Shown here: positions 47,901 to 62,416 of the stretch, in pieces
Position numbering within the stretch: position 1 is the stretch's first letter
Layout: each line of letters starts with the position of its first letter
Source: Spirogloea muscicola
Lineage: Eukaryota
Direction of reading: 5' to 3'
Length of the DNA: 64,000 bases
Assembly (NCBI GenBank): GCA_009602725.1
Contig: WELB01000023.1
Span: 607,331-671,330, forward strand
Notes under the pieces: model-generated
What the model was told of the DNA's origin: nothing
Seen by the model: the letters and a program-made list of their open reading frames with translations, nothing else
The model's database searches: none
Program-made: the position numbers and the translations under genes

Positions 47901-50900
47901 ACTCAAGATTTGACAAGCCCGGCAACAGGGAACGGCTTCAATCTTGTGTGCAGTAACATTGTACCTTGCTGTCCAGGGGTGAGCACGCCTGAGCTCAGCA
48001 AAGGAGGAGGTCTCATTTACTACTTGCTGGGCAACTTGATTGCAGGTGGAAGGTGAGGTGGACAAGCTGAGCATGGACGAGGCCGGCGTACCCGCCTGTG
48101 TCAGCGTGCCTGATGGTGCTCCTGCCAAAGCGTCGGATGAGGACAAGATGCCCTCCCAAGACAAGGTATTGCCTTGTGCCCGAGCCCCACAGAAGTGTGC
48201 CTCAGGCTTCCATGTTGATGCAATTTTGCCCTTATATAATCACACCCATTTGGTCACTCCGTCCGGTCAGCCCCATAGCATCAAAGCACTTTGTGGGGAT
48301 GGCTTATCTCTTGGTATGTTTTGATGATAGGACAAGAAGTTTGAGTACCTCTGGAATTGCCGCCAGTACCTGGACAAGGCGAGTAGGCTTCCCAGGTTTA
48401 AGATGAAGTTGTTCATGTGCTGCATTTTCTTGCCTGCATAATGAGCATCTTTCATAATGGCAGTGCGTCTGTACAGCAGTTGGGGCAGGTGCATGACCAG
48501 CCAAGCGCAAGCACAGCTGTCCTGAGGTCTCTGCCATCTGATTCTCAGTTGTGCAATGCATCATCTACTGTGGCAAGCGACAGGTCTCAAAGGTGGTGCT
48601 GGCTACCGACGCGGATGAGGCAGGCCAAGCCCTGGCTGAGGAGCTCGCCCGCAGGCTTGGAAGGGAAAGGTAGTAATGTTCATGCGGACCTTCTCGAAGG
48701 CATGGACTTGATAGTATCGGTCAGGCCAGCAACTGTGCAGGGCAGTCCTGCACAGTGATCAGCAGCGACCCATATGGGAAGTGCATGGACTAGCTGTAGC
48801 ATGTGCTCCCGCTGCATTGTACATTGTCGGAAGGATCTCTTGATTCAGAATGCCTGCAGAAGAACTTCCACACAGAAGAACTGAATCTTGGCTTCTTATC
48901 TTCGCTGAAAATTGATGGCCTACAGTGTGCCTCAGGGGTTGACACCACTGTGTTGCTATATCAAGGGACCATGCACTGATGTGCAGGTGTTGGAGGGTCA
49001 AATTTCCTGAAAAGGAGCCTGAGATTCCATTTAAGGATGCCAATGAGGTCGTACACCATTTTTCGACCCTCATGGCGTGCAGATCTTGTACCTAGATGGG
49101 GTAGTGTGTTTCTTGCTGTCCTTCATCAAGAAGATGAAATCTGTGAGTACTGGCCAGGGTTACTCTGGAAGAGGAAAGCATGTGTCTTTGTGTCTTCGAG
49201 CAAGGCTGAAAGCCAGCTCCTGAGAGTGCTGCTAGAGCCTTTGGGCTTTGCATGTTGCAGCTCTGACTCTTTGTACTTGGATGATTCATGTCAACAGCTC
49301 CTTGTGGCAAGAGGTCCACAAGCTCTACGGGAATGTGTAGCCGCTGCAGAACCTTACCCAATACGGGGTTTGTTCCGCTTCAAGGACTTTTTCCAAGAAA
49401 TTGATAATTACTACTACCTCAGGCTTGGGGACGAACGAGGGGTATCGACTGGGTGGCAGACACTGGATGAGATGTACAGAGTAAGTTCTTCACATTAGTC
49501 TTGCCACATCGTTCATTACCCACAGGGCTTCCATTATGCATGGTCTCAACAGAGGCCGCTCCTTGCATCTTCTGTTGCAGGTAGTGCTAGGTGAGCTTAC
49601 GGTGGTTACCGGCATTCCAAACTCGGGCAAGAGCGAGTGGATCGATGCCTTACTCTGCAACCTCCAGAGGCAACAGGGCTGGACTTTTGCCCTCTGCTCG
49701 ATGGAGAACAAGGTGTCTTGCAGCTAGCTATTCTGCATCCTGCAATTAGCACGGCAGTCAGTGGGGCCTTCTGGTCTCCTGTATGGTGCCATCTTTGTGC
49801 TTCTGTTACTCCTGCCCTGTTACATCCTTCCAAGGTGGCGCAGAAGGTACCTCTTACTAAATTGATTGAATGCCCGGTTGACAGGTACGAGACCATTCTC
49901 GTAAGCTTCTGGAGAAGTACACCGGGTCCCCTTTCTTTGATGCTCTGTAAGCCTTCTCGTACTGTGCCCAGGCTCCAGTTCCGTGTGATTTACATGGACG
50001 CATTTGGTGTACACACTTGGTGCATTGCTTTGATGCCAGCAACATCATGAGAAGTCGTCTATGCACTATACGCGCCAACTTTCACTTTTGCCACTGTTCA
50101 GCGGTTCAACAAGAGTCAAGGATAGACCCAGATCCAAAAGCTGACATTGTTGATTCTACACTGAAGGTTTCCATGGACTTCCCTTCCAGCTATAGCAATC
50201 GCATCAAGCGGATGACTCCTGACCAGTTGGCTGAGGGGAAGGCTTGGCTTACTGACAATTTTGTCCTCATTAGGTGAGGTTACTCCTCAATAGGTCACAT
50301 GAGTGGCGACTTGTTGTAGCTTCCTGGAGCGTACCTTACTGTTAGCACAATTAGCACAATCAGCACACCTTACTCAGCACAATATTCTGAGTAGCTTCAC
50401 ACTGCATCTTTGGGACGTGCTGTAGGTGCGAAGATGACGAGCTGCCGTCCATTGACTGGCTCCTCAACCTGGCCAAGGCCGCAGTTCTGCGATATGGGAT
50501 ACGTGGTCTGGTGATTGACCCGTACAATGAGCTCGACCATCAGCGCCCTACTCGCCAGTAAGTTGGACTTACTAGACACGCAGATTTTAACACTCTTCAG
50601 CCCTATACCCCTTAAAAGTGTTGCACACAACTGTGGTTAGCGAGTAACTTATAAACCTTCAGTAGCAAAGTCTCTCTTTCCAGGGCTTACAATACTTGAG
50701 CGCACCCTGTGGGCTTTTCAGGACCGAGACAGAGTATGTGAGCAGCATGCTGACTAAGGTGAAGCGCTTTGCTCAGCACCACGATTGCCACGTCTGGTTT
50801 GTGGCCCATCCAAAGCAGGTAAGAGCTAGCAGACCATGTGCCAGAGTCTTATACTGCAGTTGACCTGTTGGCAGCCCTGCTGATCATAGTGGCAAATGCA

Positions 50901-51574
50901 TGATTGCAGCTCCAAGTCTGGAGGGGGGGGGCACCCGGCCTGTATGACATCAGCGGCAGTGCTCACTTCGTGAACAAGTGCGATAATGGCATTGTTATCC
51001 ATCGTAATCGTGACAAGGAGAGAGGACCCCTTGACCATGTCGAGGTAAGACACACAAGGCTTTGCCGGAATCTGGCAGAATTGCTAATGGCCTCACAGTG
51101 CCACACCTCTCATACAGCAGCTTAGGACAATAAAGTACTGGCAAGTCCAACAAATGCAGTTGCAATGTCAATCTGCTGCTACCTGAGTTGATGATCGATA
51201 GGTCTGCTTTGTTGGTCTATCTTATCCTGATATATCACCTAATTTGCTCCTGAAGGCTCTCATCCTGCAGGTTCTGGTGAGAAAAGTGAGGAACAAGGCT
51301 GCTGGGACCATTGGAGATGCCATCCTTCGATACGACAGGTCACTACTAGACCACCTGTGCTTCCTGTGCTTATCTCCATTGTACAAGTCCAATTGCCTGC
51401 TTCTCAGTCCTGCTGGCAGGGTCAACGGCAGTGCTTAGCGTTAGAATACAGAAAAAGCACAATGGGACTGGGCTCATAGTTACATTCACCATTTGTTGTG
51501 TCATAGTTACATTCGCCATTTGTTATATCAGGGTGAATGGGCGGTATCACGACCTTGAAGCTTGGGAGCTCTAA
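44945..51574 (+). CDS. TWINKLE: Twinkle-like organellar DNA primase-helicase (T7 gp4 type)
   Basis: Zn-finger (LLCPQ..WNCFRAKCGHRG), AFPYFREGRLVNCKYR, TOPRIM IVIVEGEVDKLS and LATDADEAG, KDANE, Walker A TGIPNSGKSEW, LVIDPYNELDHQRP, HVWFVAHPKQ, YDISGSAHFVNKCDNG, VRKVRNK. Start codon approximate. Confidence 0.96.
45187..45223 (+). promoter_or_regulatory. Degenerate telomere-like repeats ending in a telo-box (AAACCCTAA)
   Basis: gaacccgaacccctaaacccgaaaccccaaaccctaa in the first intron region of Twinkle; exact AAACCCTAA at 45215-45223. Confidence 0.5.
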
Positions 51575-51794
51575 GGTGTGCTGCAAAGCTCGGAAGCATC
51601 CCTTCGATCGGCCACAGTGATGCATCATCTCATGGGAGGTGCAATACCATCTTACCTGTGTCACATATCTACTTGATGCAATTGTATTGGAGTCCTGTCG
51701 TAACCTCTCCACCAATCCTCAGAATTGTGCATGTTTGAGAAATTGTGTGTTGCACAGAAGTGATTGCTTGCATCTGTTGGCCTGACCGAGGAGG

Positions 51795-54700
51795 TCATAG
51801 GCCAACCCAATAAGACCGCCCATTTGGGTTGTGGATGGGCGAGATTGACGGACTCGTCACTGCCCATTCATACCAAACCTGCAACCACACTCAGCAAGCG
51901 CTAGTCAGATCAGCCAAAACAAAACCTTGCGTGATGGAGCTGAACATTCATTCGTCTGCTGTTTTCAGGAACCAGCCAGCGACTGTGGCTCAGGTGATGG
52001 CCAGGACTCTGCTGATGGAAGGCAGTAAGTACTTCCAGGAGCGCAGAGAGCACATGGTGGTGATTTGTGTGGTCACCTTGGTGGGGCTATGGCACCTCCA
52101 GAAATGCAACTCGAGCTTGGAACCAGCTGGTATGTACATGGGATGTCTTAGTGGGAAGAATATTGCAAACCTGCACGATGACAGGGTGACAATTTTCAGA
52201 AGTACAAAGACTAGTCATCGTGCTGATGACATTGCCATGGTGTGCAGTGCCACCCTTGCTCAGTTTCAAGCAGCATGACTCGCCTTTGAGCTCGGATATT
52301 CATTCTCACTTGTACTGCCATGCAGCCTGTCATTACGTGTCCCATTGTTTGCTAGTGGTTGTGCGTATCATTGACAAGCAAGTCTTGACATTTTTGTTGC
52401 ACGTAATGAGGCCTGCCACTTGATGAACTTCAAAGGTCGTACATACCAGCTGAACATATCTGCAGTGGCGGTTGAAGGCACTATACCCAAATGCACATCC
52501 TTATACAGGACTGCATCGAAGTAACCCCCAAAGCCTGCCAAAAAGCATCCAGCAACACATTAAAACAAATTTGCTGAATCAATGCTGCTATCTTGTCAAA
52601 CAAGACCACTTAAGAACTCATGGCCTATTCACCCAGCATACTGAAGCGCTATTCACCTCTCCAACAGCAGCCACATTAGGAAATCCGCATGTGTGTACTT
52701 GTGGGCAGTCATTTTCTGTAACTGGTGGCTGTCTCTGGCACGAGGTGCTTCTTGCCTTACCATGTACTACGGCAGAGCCCGTGTCAGCTGGTATGTCAAA
52801 AAGCAATCGTGTGTATTGCCTGTTGTCAATTACAGGGGCCCAATTTGGATGCTCAAATGTGAACACCTGCCACAGCCGAATCTTCAATAGCTGTTCATTA
52901 CCAGCTTGACCTAATGATGACACTGGAAATTACATGACCTCGCCAAGACTCCAGCCATTGGAAAGCTTCATAATATGACTGAGCTTTTGGGCAGGCTACC
53001 AACCGGACGAGGTTCAGCCAGTCTTGCGGCACTGTGAAGCTTGACGACGTACGCTGTCTCAAAGTGGGCAAGGTCGTTGTAGGCCTTGACCTGAAATGCA
53101 CATATAGAGCAGACAGCATGAATCGTGCACAATGTTTGTGGGCAGCCATCCAAAGTAACAATACTTCGGAAGACTCACATCATTGTGGAGCTTGGCAGCT
53201 GTGATGGGTCCAATGAAGCTGGTGTAACTGCAAGGTGACAAAGAAATGCACAGCCACTCAAGCACATGAGATGCCTGCACTATGCCTCTCCTCATGTGCT
53301 CGCCAGTAGCTTTGCTACGCAGGAAGGTAGTCAGTTTACAGTAGCACAAAGGAAACTTTTAAAACCTTAAATCTGTTGGTGAACGCCGATGCTGCTGGCA
53401 AAGACCTGGCACCATCTGCTCAACATGCAATCGGATAACATTACTTCTTTGCATCCAACCTCGAGGGGATGGATATGCCGTCGGGCTTCAAGAAGCGCTG
53501 AGCTCCATCAAGACACTCGGGCGACAGCTCGTTGTCTCCAAAGGAACCCAGCAACTCACTCACCTGCGCACCCCGAGTCAATGCTGGCCGCACAATTCAG
53601 GTCTCACGGGCCTACAGCATATGTCTGCCTGACTGCAGCCAACAGCAATACTTACTTCGGACTGAGAAACTATGACGACGGACGTGGTCAAATTCCGAAG
53701 GCAGAGCACCACCAGGAGTAAATGACTTGTGTCACCCTGAGCAATGTTGCTAGCATCCTTTGGCAGAATGATAGATACTTCCCAAAGAGGGTGACGGGTT
53801 TGGTGGCCAGCCCAGCAAAAGAATGAACAAAGTTCCAAGGGACCAGAAAAGCGCTAAAGCACACAGCGACTCAAGTTGCCAATGGGTGCTCAAAGTCCCC
53901 TATTGAGCAGCCGCAAGTCAGAGAAACTAGTCCGAGGTCTATGCACAAAAGCTCATTGCTTGACACACAGCAAGCGGCATGGGGCCCGAGTACTTAGGAT
54001 CATCTCCACAGAGGATGGACTCACCAGGATGTCGGCCTGCTCTGGCGCCTGCCAGTGACGCATGTCTGACGACACCACTGTCACCTTGTCCTGCCATCCT
54101 TCCATGGTGATCAAGCTCTGCCACAGCGACATAGACTTTCAGGGGCAGAGCGAGGAAATTGTAATGGCCTTTCGGGTTCCCAGAGGATGCACTGTAACTG
54201 TAGCTGCTGGACGTTACTCTCAAGTTAGTGCAAGTTGATTGACAACTTGTATTATGACAGGCAAAGCAGAATATGATATGATATAATATGGTATTCTCCT
54301 GATAAGCCTTTGGCATGCGCAACCAGCGAGAGCTGAGACTCAAATGAGGGGGGACAGACGTGCAGAGTGACGATGGCATTGGGGTTCTTCTCCACGGCGT
54401 AGATTTTAAGCAGCCGCTGGGCCTCCTCGGCAGCCGCCAGGGACGCTCTGACAAGAGGGCCCCGCCCTGCCCCTACAACCATAAGGACCTGCCAACTCGC
54501 CAGTCATGCATCACAAAGTGCTTTCAGTTGATGCTGCTTAGCCTTGATACTGTTGTTAGGCTTGACTGGCTATTCAAAACTTTGCTGAAAGAGGACACAA
54601 AAGCTTTCTAGCAGTTCATTGCGCAGCCTGGACAATGAGCATTCTACCTGATGCTTGTTACCAAATAGAACAGGAAGCGATTTAGTCTAGTGCCTTTGTC

Positions 54701-57700
54701 TAACGTCAGCCTCTTATGGCGAGGACACATGCAGGCTGCAAGTTAAAAAGTGCGGTAGCTGTGGAGGCATCGCACTAGTGTGGTGGTTGCTGAGTCGGCG
54801 TCGGTGACTTTGTCCAGCAATGCTTGGTGCACCGCTTGCTGGTACTGCACATCACACCAACACTTCCCTAGGCAGCGGTCAGACACTGTGACGAGTCAAA
54901 GGGTTCGCCCTGGACCTTGACCAGACATGCAGAGTACAAAACAAGGTCGACAGCAGCTATAATTAGGGGGTATGTTGAAAGACAAAAGTGGGTTCTGTGC
55001 AGACACCTGGCTGTACTTCTTGGCATCTTTCTCGAATGTCTCATATGTCTGAGCTTCCAAGTTGTCCATCAGAGGCTGTCGCAAGACAAGTGGCCCGGGA
55101 GATCAGGAAGTGGCAGATAAGAGTCTGATCACAAGCATGTGCATATTCCTGTCGATCCATCTCCAACCCAGAAGCAACAAGCTAAGCTTGGATGACATGA
55201 TAGGAGCAGCCAGCAGCAACCTCACCTGTAGAGGCGCTTGCAAGAAGTCCCGATACCCCATCTGGAAGTTGATGCGCAGGCACAAGGTCAAGCACGCTTT
55301 AGCACGTCAGAAGTTCTTCAAGATACTGACAAGTGCAGCAGCAAATTATTTTACGACCCTCTCCCATGTGGATGCCGGCTGCTGATTGACACTTAAAAGA
55401 TGGCAAAGCTGACCTCGAAACGCTCTTGCTCCGAAAGCGGCTCCAGCTTCCGATAAAGGTGGGCCACATACTCCAAATACGGCCGCAGAGGGTGCTTTGG
55501 CACCATCAGTTCCACTCTGTTGTCTGCGGCTGCATGCACGGCCAGAGACAGTCAGCGAAGGCTCCAAGCTTGCTCTGCACAATGCAGACTGATAGGATTT
55601 TGACATTGATCGCATGCTGCTCAATGCCGATTGAAAGCTGACACAGAACGGCACAAGAGTGGAGAAGCTGGCAATCAAGATGTGGGTCTCTGCAAGCAAT
55701 AGTGCCACTGAGAGTTGATGGGCGGACTTTCAGAAGCATTTTCGCTGCTCTCGCTGTTGGCCGGCCCGTCCACACCAGCCGCTGCATGGAGAGTCTCCCC
55801 GGAGACCACAACCTGCAACCATCGGGCTTCAGATCAAACACACCATCAGCTCCTGCAAGCAGAGGCTCTGCACCCACTAAGTCACTGCACCCTCTGGTCA
55901 CAGACAATGAGCTAGAAGACTTTGCGCTTAACTTGCTCCACAGCGCATATAGGAGTTAGTGCTGAACGGGGCTACTCATATATTCACTTGCTGTCTAAAC
56001 GGGATGAGGCCGAGGGCCATGCTGCCTATTTAGGCTCGCCAGAATTTCACGCAGCACCAGCAGGGGCAACACTGCCCATTTCCTCCTCATCTCAGCACAT
56101 TTCGTTTCACCAACAGTTGTGTCCACCTTGTTCATTGATGCAGACCCCCACCCGATTGCACAGCATGATATCATGGACTAAGGAAGGAAAGGCCAAGGAC
56201 TGTTCAAGCCTCCAAGCCTGACCTGTACACTGTGCTCAAAGAGGGTGGCAACAAGCGCCTGGTGCCGCTTGGAGAGGCACGGAAACCCGCGCTTGTTGGT
56301 CAGGAATGCCTGCAGTAGCGCCAACGTGGTCATTAGATTCAGCATGCCCACAACATGGCTAACCTGCTCAACTGCGCTGACGTTGCAGGACTCTGGAGAG
56401 AGTGCAGGTTGGCAGGCGGCCTTGTCAACAATCGCATGAGCAAGCAGGTCGGAGCCCCGCACGGCCCACGTGCAACTCACGCTGGTATGCAGGATGGCAG
56501 CCCTCACAGGCTCGCCGAGCCACCGTTGCAGGGCGCTCGGCGAAGGGAGCGAGGCCCTGGCAGGTTAACGCACGGAGGAGAGTCAGTGAACGGCGCATCA
56601 GCTCAGCCTAGGTCCACAAGCACACAGTGTTTGCCAGCCAATCTCTATAATTCCAATCTTCAAATTGATTTCATATGAGAGGCCCACGTTGGTTACAAAC
56701 TGAGGAGCAGATAGGAACACTGACAAGCAAGCAGCTAGCACCAAAATACGGCGCACGTGGACAATGAGGAACTATTGAAGTTCCAGGCTATGACTCTTGT
56801 GGTAGCGCGAAGCTAGCCATGGATGAAGGTGGTGAGAGCGCACGTGATGTCAAGGGCGACGGAGAGCTGGCTGTGGTGCTCGCAGAGCGTGCAGAAGGCA
56901 TGCCACCACTCCCATGGATCACTCAGAGGTCTTCTCGAGACGGCGTCCCGCCGCTGCAGAAGTGCCGCCAAGCAGGCTAGCTGACCCAGCTGAGAGCTTG
57001 GACAGCAAGCAAGCGCGGAGCTCAGCAACGGAGCCTCATCCTGGGCCGCCGCAACTGAGATGCTGCCCTTATGCGACCGCAATCACAGCAATCCTCATGA
57101 AGCAACGTCCACCCTCCATGCCCGCAACGCCATTGGCCACCCAGCTTGGGTTGCAGCCGACGAGCTCCAGACTATGAGGGCGTGCTTAGTGGCAGACGCA
57201 TGAGCATCATTGATGGCTCGAGGTATTCATTGCCCCAGCTTCACTGTGGAAGTACCAGGAAGACGGCGTCCTCGTCAGCGGTGCCTTCGACCGCCTGCAG
57301 CTCCGGCGCAACCAGCGGTATGCGCAGCCACAGCTGCAGCAGGGGCGCGCAGGAGCTTGCTTTCAAGGGCTTGCGAGTTTGGCAAGGTGCTGAGGTGTTG
57401 CAGAGGCTCATCCAATCGCACCGCAATCTTGATTATGGCAGCTGAAAGTGACGCTGTCGCACTGGCGGTCGCGATCATCGAGCTACCAATCCTTAGCAGG
57501 CAGCGGCGGCAATGCAGACCTGCATATTGGAGAGGCCCTGTAGGAGCTGGTTGACACCACGTGCATAGTTGGTGCAGTCCAGCGGCCGTGGTGTCGGCAG
57601 CAGGCATGCCTGTCTTGCCAGGGGACGCGAGGCAAAGCAGCTCAAGTACGCAGTCAGAGCTTCGGCCGCCGGCTTACCAGCATCACCAGATGGGCTCCGT

Positions 57701-58734
57701 GCAAGGGTTGGCATGCCGGCAGCACCAGTTGCCGATCCGCTAGCTCCTGACTGCAACAGAAGCAGCGGCGGCGTCGGTGGTGGCGCAGCGGTGGTGGGGG
57801 GTCGAGCAGCTCGCCTGCAGGGAGAGGTGGGACGCCCAGCTGAGCTCCTGCTTGAGCACGGCCTCGCTGTCGCGCCGCACCTCCGCGTCCCGGTGGTCCA
57901 GGTCCGCCCATTCGCTGATCTTGCCTGCACGCCGCAACGCCATGGCCGCCTGAGGCGGCAGCGCACGAGGTCGCAGAGGGCATGCATGGCCTCCGGGACG
58001 TGACCTTGCTACGAGAGCCGGGAGCCGGAGCTGGTGTCGACGTTGGACCCACATTTGCCAATGGGCTTCCCCACTTGGAGAAGCCCTTTGAAGGTGCACT
58101 GCGTCTCACCGCCACACTGCAAGGACTGACCTTGCTACGGGAACCGACCAAAGCTGGTGGCAACATCAGCAGCCGACTGGCAATGCTGCTGCTATCCCAA
58201 GCTCACGGCGCCAGACCGAGAGCCGAGCCTAAGCCCTGAGCTCAGACCCTGGTCCTCAGCTCGTGGCAAGGGCCGTGGGACCCCCGTCGAGTCGGCGAGC
58301 AGGGGCTGGCCAGGGGTTCGAGCGCACCGACGACATGCGAGCTCCACTGTGCGGGGGCGAGCACGAGGTCCGAGCCAGCGAAGGGCGGCGCGGCGCCGGG
58401 CGGCGCCGCGCTCGGCCGGTAGGACGGGTCCGTCTGCGCTCGCACAGGCACGGCACGTACTGAGCGACCCGCCGCGCCTGGGGGCCAGCCGCAGAAGCGG
58501 CCTCGCTGCCGTTGGCCAAGCTCGGGTACTGCGGCATCGGACGGCGGCGGCGGCGGCGGCGGCGGCGGCAATGGCGGCGGCAATGGCGGCGCGCGGCACC
58601 AGCGGGGCGACGGCGAAGTCGAAGGCGCCGGCGAGGGTGGCGGCCAGCGCGGCCTGGATGTCGGGCGAGAACCCCAGCTCCGCGCCGCAGTAGCGCGACT
58701 CGCTCGCGTCGCCCGCGCGCTGCCCCAGCGGCAT
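51795..58734 (-). CDS. PRMT5: Protein arginine N-methyltransferase 5 (SKB1)
   Basis: [143 protein letters not shown]. Confidence 0.98.
53800..53910 (-). repeat. Degenerate copy of the retrotransposon 3'-tail module inside a PRMT5 intron
   Basis: gccagcccagcaaaagaatgaacaaag...gaaaagcgctaa matches 40857-40911 (ccagcccaaaaaagaatgaacaaag...gaagcgctaa). Confidence 0.7.
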
Positions 58735-58749
58735 GGCGGCCGCCGCCGC

Positions 58750-58872
<123 letters not shown>

Positions 58873-59124
58873 NNNNNNNNNNNNNNNNNNNNNNNNNNNN
58901 NNNNNNNNNNNNNNNNNNNNNNNNNNNNNNNNNNNNNNNNNNNNNNNNNNNNNNNNNNNNNNNNNNNNNNNNNNNNNNNNNNNNNNNNNNNNNNNNNNNN
59001 NNNNNNNNNNNNNNNNNNNNNNNNNNNNNNNNNNNNNNNNNNNNNNNNNNNNNNNNNNNNNNNNNNNNNNNNNNNNNNNNNNNNNNNNNNNNNNNNNNNN
59101 NNNNNNNNNNNNNNNNNNNNNNNN

Positions 59125-62100
59125 TCCCGGCCGCCGCCGCCGTGGCGGTGGCGGCGGCGGCGCTGCTGCTAGGTGTCTGCGGCGCCGCCGCCGCCGCTGA
59201 CGCTGTGAGCGACCGGCCGCCCCGCCGAGAGCCGGCGCTGCGCTGCCTTGCCCCCCCTCCCCGGCGGCTGACGCTGACGCTGACGCTCCGGCGGCGTGCT
59301 CCTGCCTGCTCCTCCAGGCTCCTACGCCGCCATGGCCGTCCATACGCTCCGACGCGGCCCCTGGCGGCGGCAGGTGCCGCGAGTCCAGGCGCTCTTACTC
59401 TTATGCTTCTACCCGCGAAGCGAAAGACAAGGGTTCGATTCGGCAAGGCCGCACTCTCGCGGGACGCTGACGCCGCTTTCCCCCCTGCGGCAGGTCTGGG
59501 GCGCGCCCAGCACCCTCGCCAGTCGCCGGCGGCGGCCGTCTAGTGAAGCCCGTTCTGGAGGAGCCGCTGTGGCCGCAGCGCGACCAGAGCCGGAGCCTTG
59601 CAGGTTCTGCCTCCGGCCCCTGATCTGGGCTCCCAGACGTACCCGCTGCATGGCAAACCCACTTAGTGTAGTGCTTACGATGACTAGCACTTAGACCGAT
59701 ACACAAGGCGTCCTAAGGACATTGCAGATTCTGGGACTGCATACAGATACGCAGTGGAGCTGCTCTCAGCATTGGTTGTGCTGTGCCGTGGCGGCTAGGC
59801 GGTCATATAGCACTCTTTGCTCTGAGCTTGCAGAGAAGCACCCCAATGTGCTGAGGCTGTCGCCCGTGGTCGAGGCAAACACCCGGCGCGTGCTGAAGCG
59901 GCACCGCAAGCCGCCCCGCCTGAACTGCACAGGTCACTGTGACCAATCTCTTTGAGAGTTGCTGTGCAGCAATGGCTGCCTTCTCTCTTTGGGCTGACAG
60001 GCTGAGGGGCCATCTCGTCGTTGTGAAGCTCTGCTGGTCCCGACTCATGCTGCAGGTACAGAGTGGGACCCCGTTGACTCCGAGCTCTACAACTGGGTGC
60101 CCCAGGTCAGGCGGCTCCCCCATCTCACGACTGCAGTAGACGGCTTGCTCAGCTCAGGCAACTGAACAATGCTGTGCTAAGATGAAGTCTGATGTGGGCT
60201 GGACGGCAGCACGCAGACTGTGGGTAGTACAGCATGATGCGCCTGGCAGCCATTCATTGCATGGCGGGTTTGGCGGAACCTTCTGACTGGCTACGCCTCC
60301 GTCCGTGCGTGCGCTGCAGTCGGAGAAGTACCTGCTGGCGGTGTGCCTGTATGGGGAGCAAAGCAACCAGCAGATCTGCATGGAGAACTACCTACTCATG
60401 GCCGGCCTGCTAAACAGGACGCTCGTCGTCTCCAGGTCGGGCCAGCTCGCCTATTCGACGAGCGAAGTCCTTACTTGTGATGCTTGCTGCTCGGCGGATT
60501 ATGCAGATTCTGTTCCGCTCATGGGCGCTCAGCTGCGTCCTGCTTCAGGCATACATTCAAGAGGGAGAAGCGGTACGACTGGGACTGGGAGTACTTCTTC
60601 GACTTGGACAATGCTCAGCGGTGCTTCGGAAACAACACCGTCATCTCCCTCCGGGAATACAAGGTAGATCATTTGAAGTTGCTGCCTGAATGCATGGCAC
60701 TGTCATTGTGGGCTGCGATCTGTGAGCCTCCTTGGGGAGCTGAGCAACTTCGCGTCATTCTTCTGATTACGCTGTCATGCTGCGTTGAGCTGCAGAAGCG
60801 ATACCCCAGGCCCGATGACAAGGCCGTGATTGACGAGATTGTGTGCTGGAAGGTGCAAATGGCTCTACCCAGGCGCAAAGCTGTTGACTCCCCTCTGCAG
60901 CATCAGCATTGCCTATTTAAGTTGGGATACGGGACGACATAACCTAAGTCTTAGTACAATGACTCTGCTCTCCAGAGCAACTTCAAGGCTCAACTTGAGC
61001 TGTAGCCTTCTATTAAGGCATCTTTGTTGGCGTCTCAGAAGAAGTATTGCGGGGAGTTGCCGGAGACGACCAAACAGGACCGACCAGATATCATCTGGCC
61101 AAAGAAGGCCACTTATGAGGGCTTCCCAGGTGTTCTAGCCTATTCCTTCGGTGACCCTAAGGTTGTACAGAAAGCGGTACGGTGTTAGTCAAATCAGGCC
61201 ATACTTGTTATGGAGGAGACATTCTTCAGCGCAGGAGATCGAGGACTGCATGACCAGCGCCAAGCCTCACACCTGATTATCGTCCAATAAGTACTCTACT
61301 CTTGCCATGTCAGGTCGTTCTTATATCTGGACTATTATGGACGTCCTCCCCAAATTCACCGACAAAATGATCACCTTTGGCGATATTTATGGCGAGTACC
61401 TCCACGGGGCGCCATTTGCTTACAATAAGCCTTTTGGCCCAATCCGCAGAAATTGCGGCCTCCCATTTCTACCTCACCCTTCAATCACCTCCGCAGCAGA
61501 AGGCTTCGTGAAGACTTTTGCAGGTACAAGCCGTTGATCACCTGCTATGACCTCCAGTCCTTGGACTTATGCAAGAATTGCTCCATCAAAGTTTTGCATC
61601 GATTCCTGTTAATAAGCACCAGCTTAGCTTCCAGACTCGGAGGCTTGTAATTTGTGAAGAGCTGACGTGCCATTTAAGCGCATTTTTGGTTGGGAAGGCG
61701 CCAACTTGGTGGCGCTGCATCTAAGGAGGGGTGACAAGTACAAGTACTGGCGGCAGTGCATCTACCCGCTCGAGTGCTTCTGGCCCGTCTCAGATGTGGC
61801 CTACTGCCTCCTCAAAGTGTGCGACAAGGCCAACGCAAGCCTGGTCTTTGTCGCCAACAACGGGCACGAGCTTGAGATGCAGCTGCTGAAGAAGCTCCTG
61901 GGCAGGCCTCGCGGCCGAGAGCGGCGGCCGGTCACGCTCCTCACCCTGCCTGACAGGTTTGCAGGCTCCCTCAGAAGACGCTGCCTCCATGATCAGCATA
62001 ACATAGTACATATTGCTCGTATCTCCCAGAGTTGCTGCCTGCCTACAAGCAACGAGTGCCTGCTGCTGCAACCTTGCAGTACCTTGTCTTTGCTTTGCAG

Positions 62101-62416
62101 CATCCTCTCTGGCTCCTTGTGCAGTTTCTCTCAGGCAGAGGGCCGGAAGCTGCAGTGGGCAGAACGGTGGGGCTGGAACGCGGGGAACATGAGCAGCGAT
62201 CGCTTTGCCGTCATGTCGCTGGAGAAGCTGATCTGCTCCATGTCCAAGGTGTTCCTTTCGGCTGGGGAGTCCACATTCTCGACGCACATTGACCGCATGC
62301 GCAAGGCCATGGGCACGTGGTCGTGCATGGACGGCATATTGTGTGCAGGCTACCACCGCCACAACATCACCATGCCGGAGTTTGAGGAGATTCCTGAGCA
62401 GGACTACGCAGACTAA
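59125..62416 (+). CDS. GDP-fucose O-fucosyltransferase-like protein (POFUT2/plant OFUT type); 5' end in gap
   Basis: Hydrophobic anchor after the gap; YLLAVCLYGEQSNQQICMENYLLMAGLLNRTLVV, YFFDLD, LVALHLRRGD, VFVANN, LEKLICSMSKVFLSAGESTFSTHIDRMR. Donor and acceptor specificity is not determinable. Confidence 0.8.

Noticed and set aside
44945..51574. Phage T7-like primase-helicase as a prophage or recent horizontal transfer
   Set aside because: It is the standard intron-rich nuclear-encoded organellar Twinkle gene.
58001..58170. Imperfect direct repeat (tgaccttgctacg...agctggtg) in PRMT5 intron 1
   Set aside because: Only two short copies; most simply a local duplication with no sign of function.
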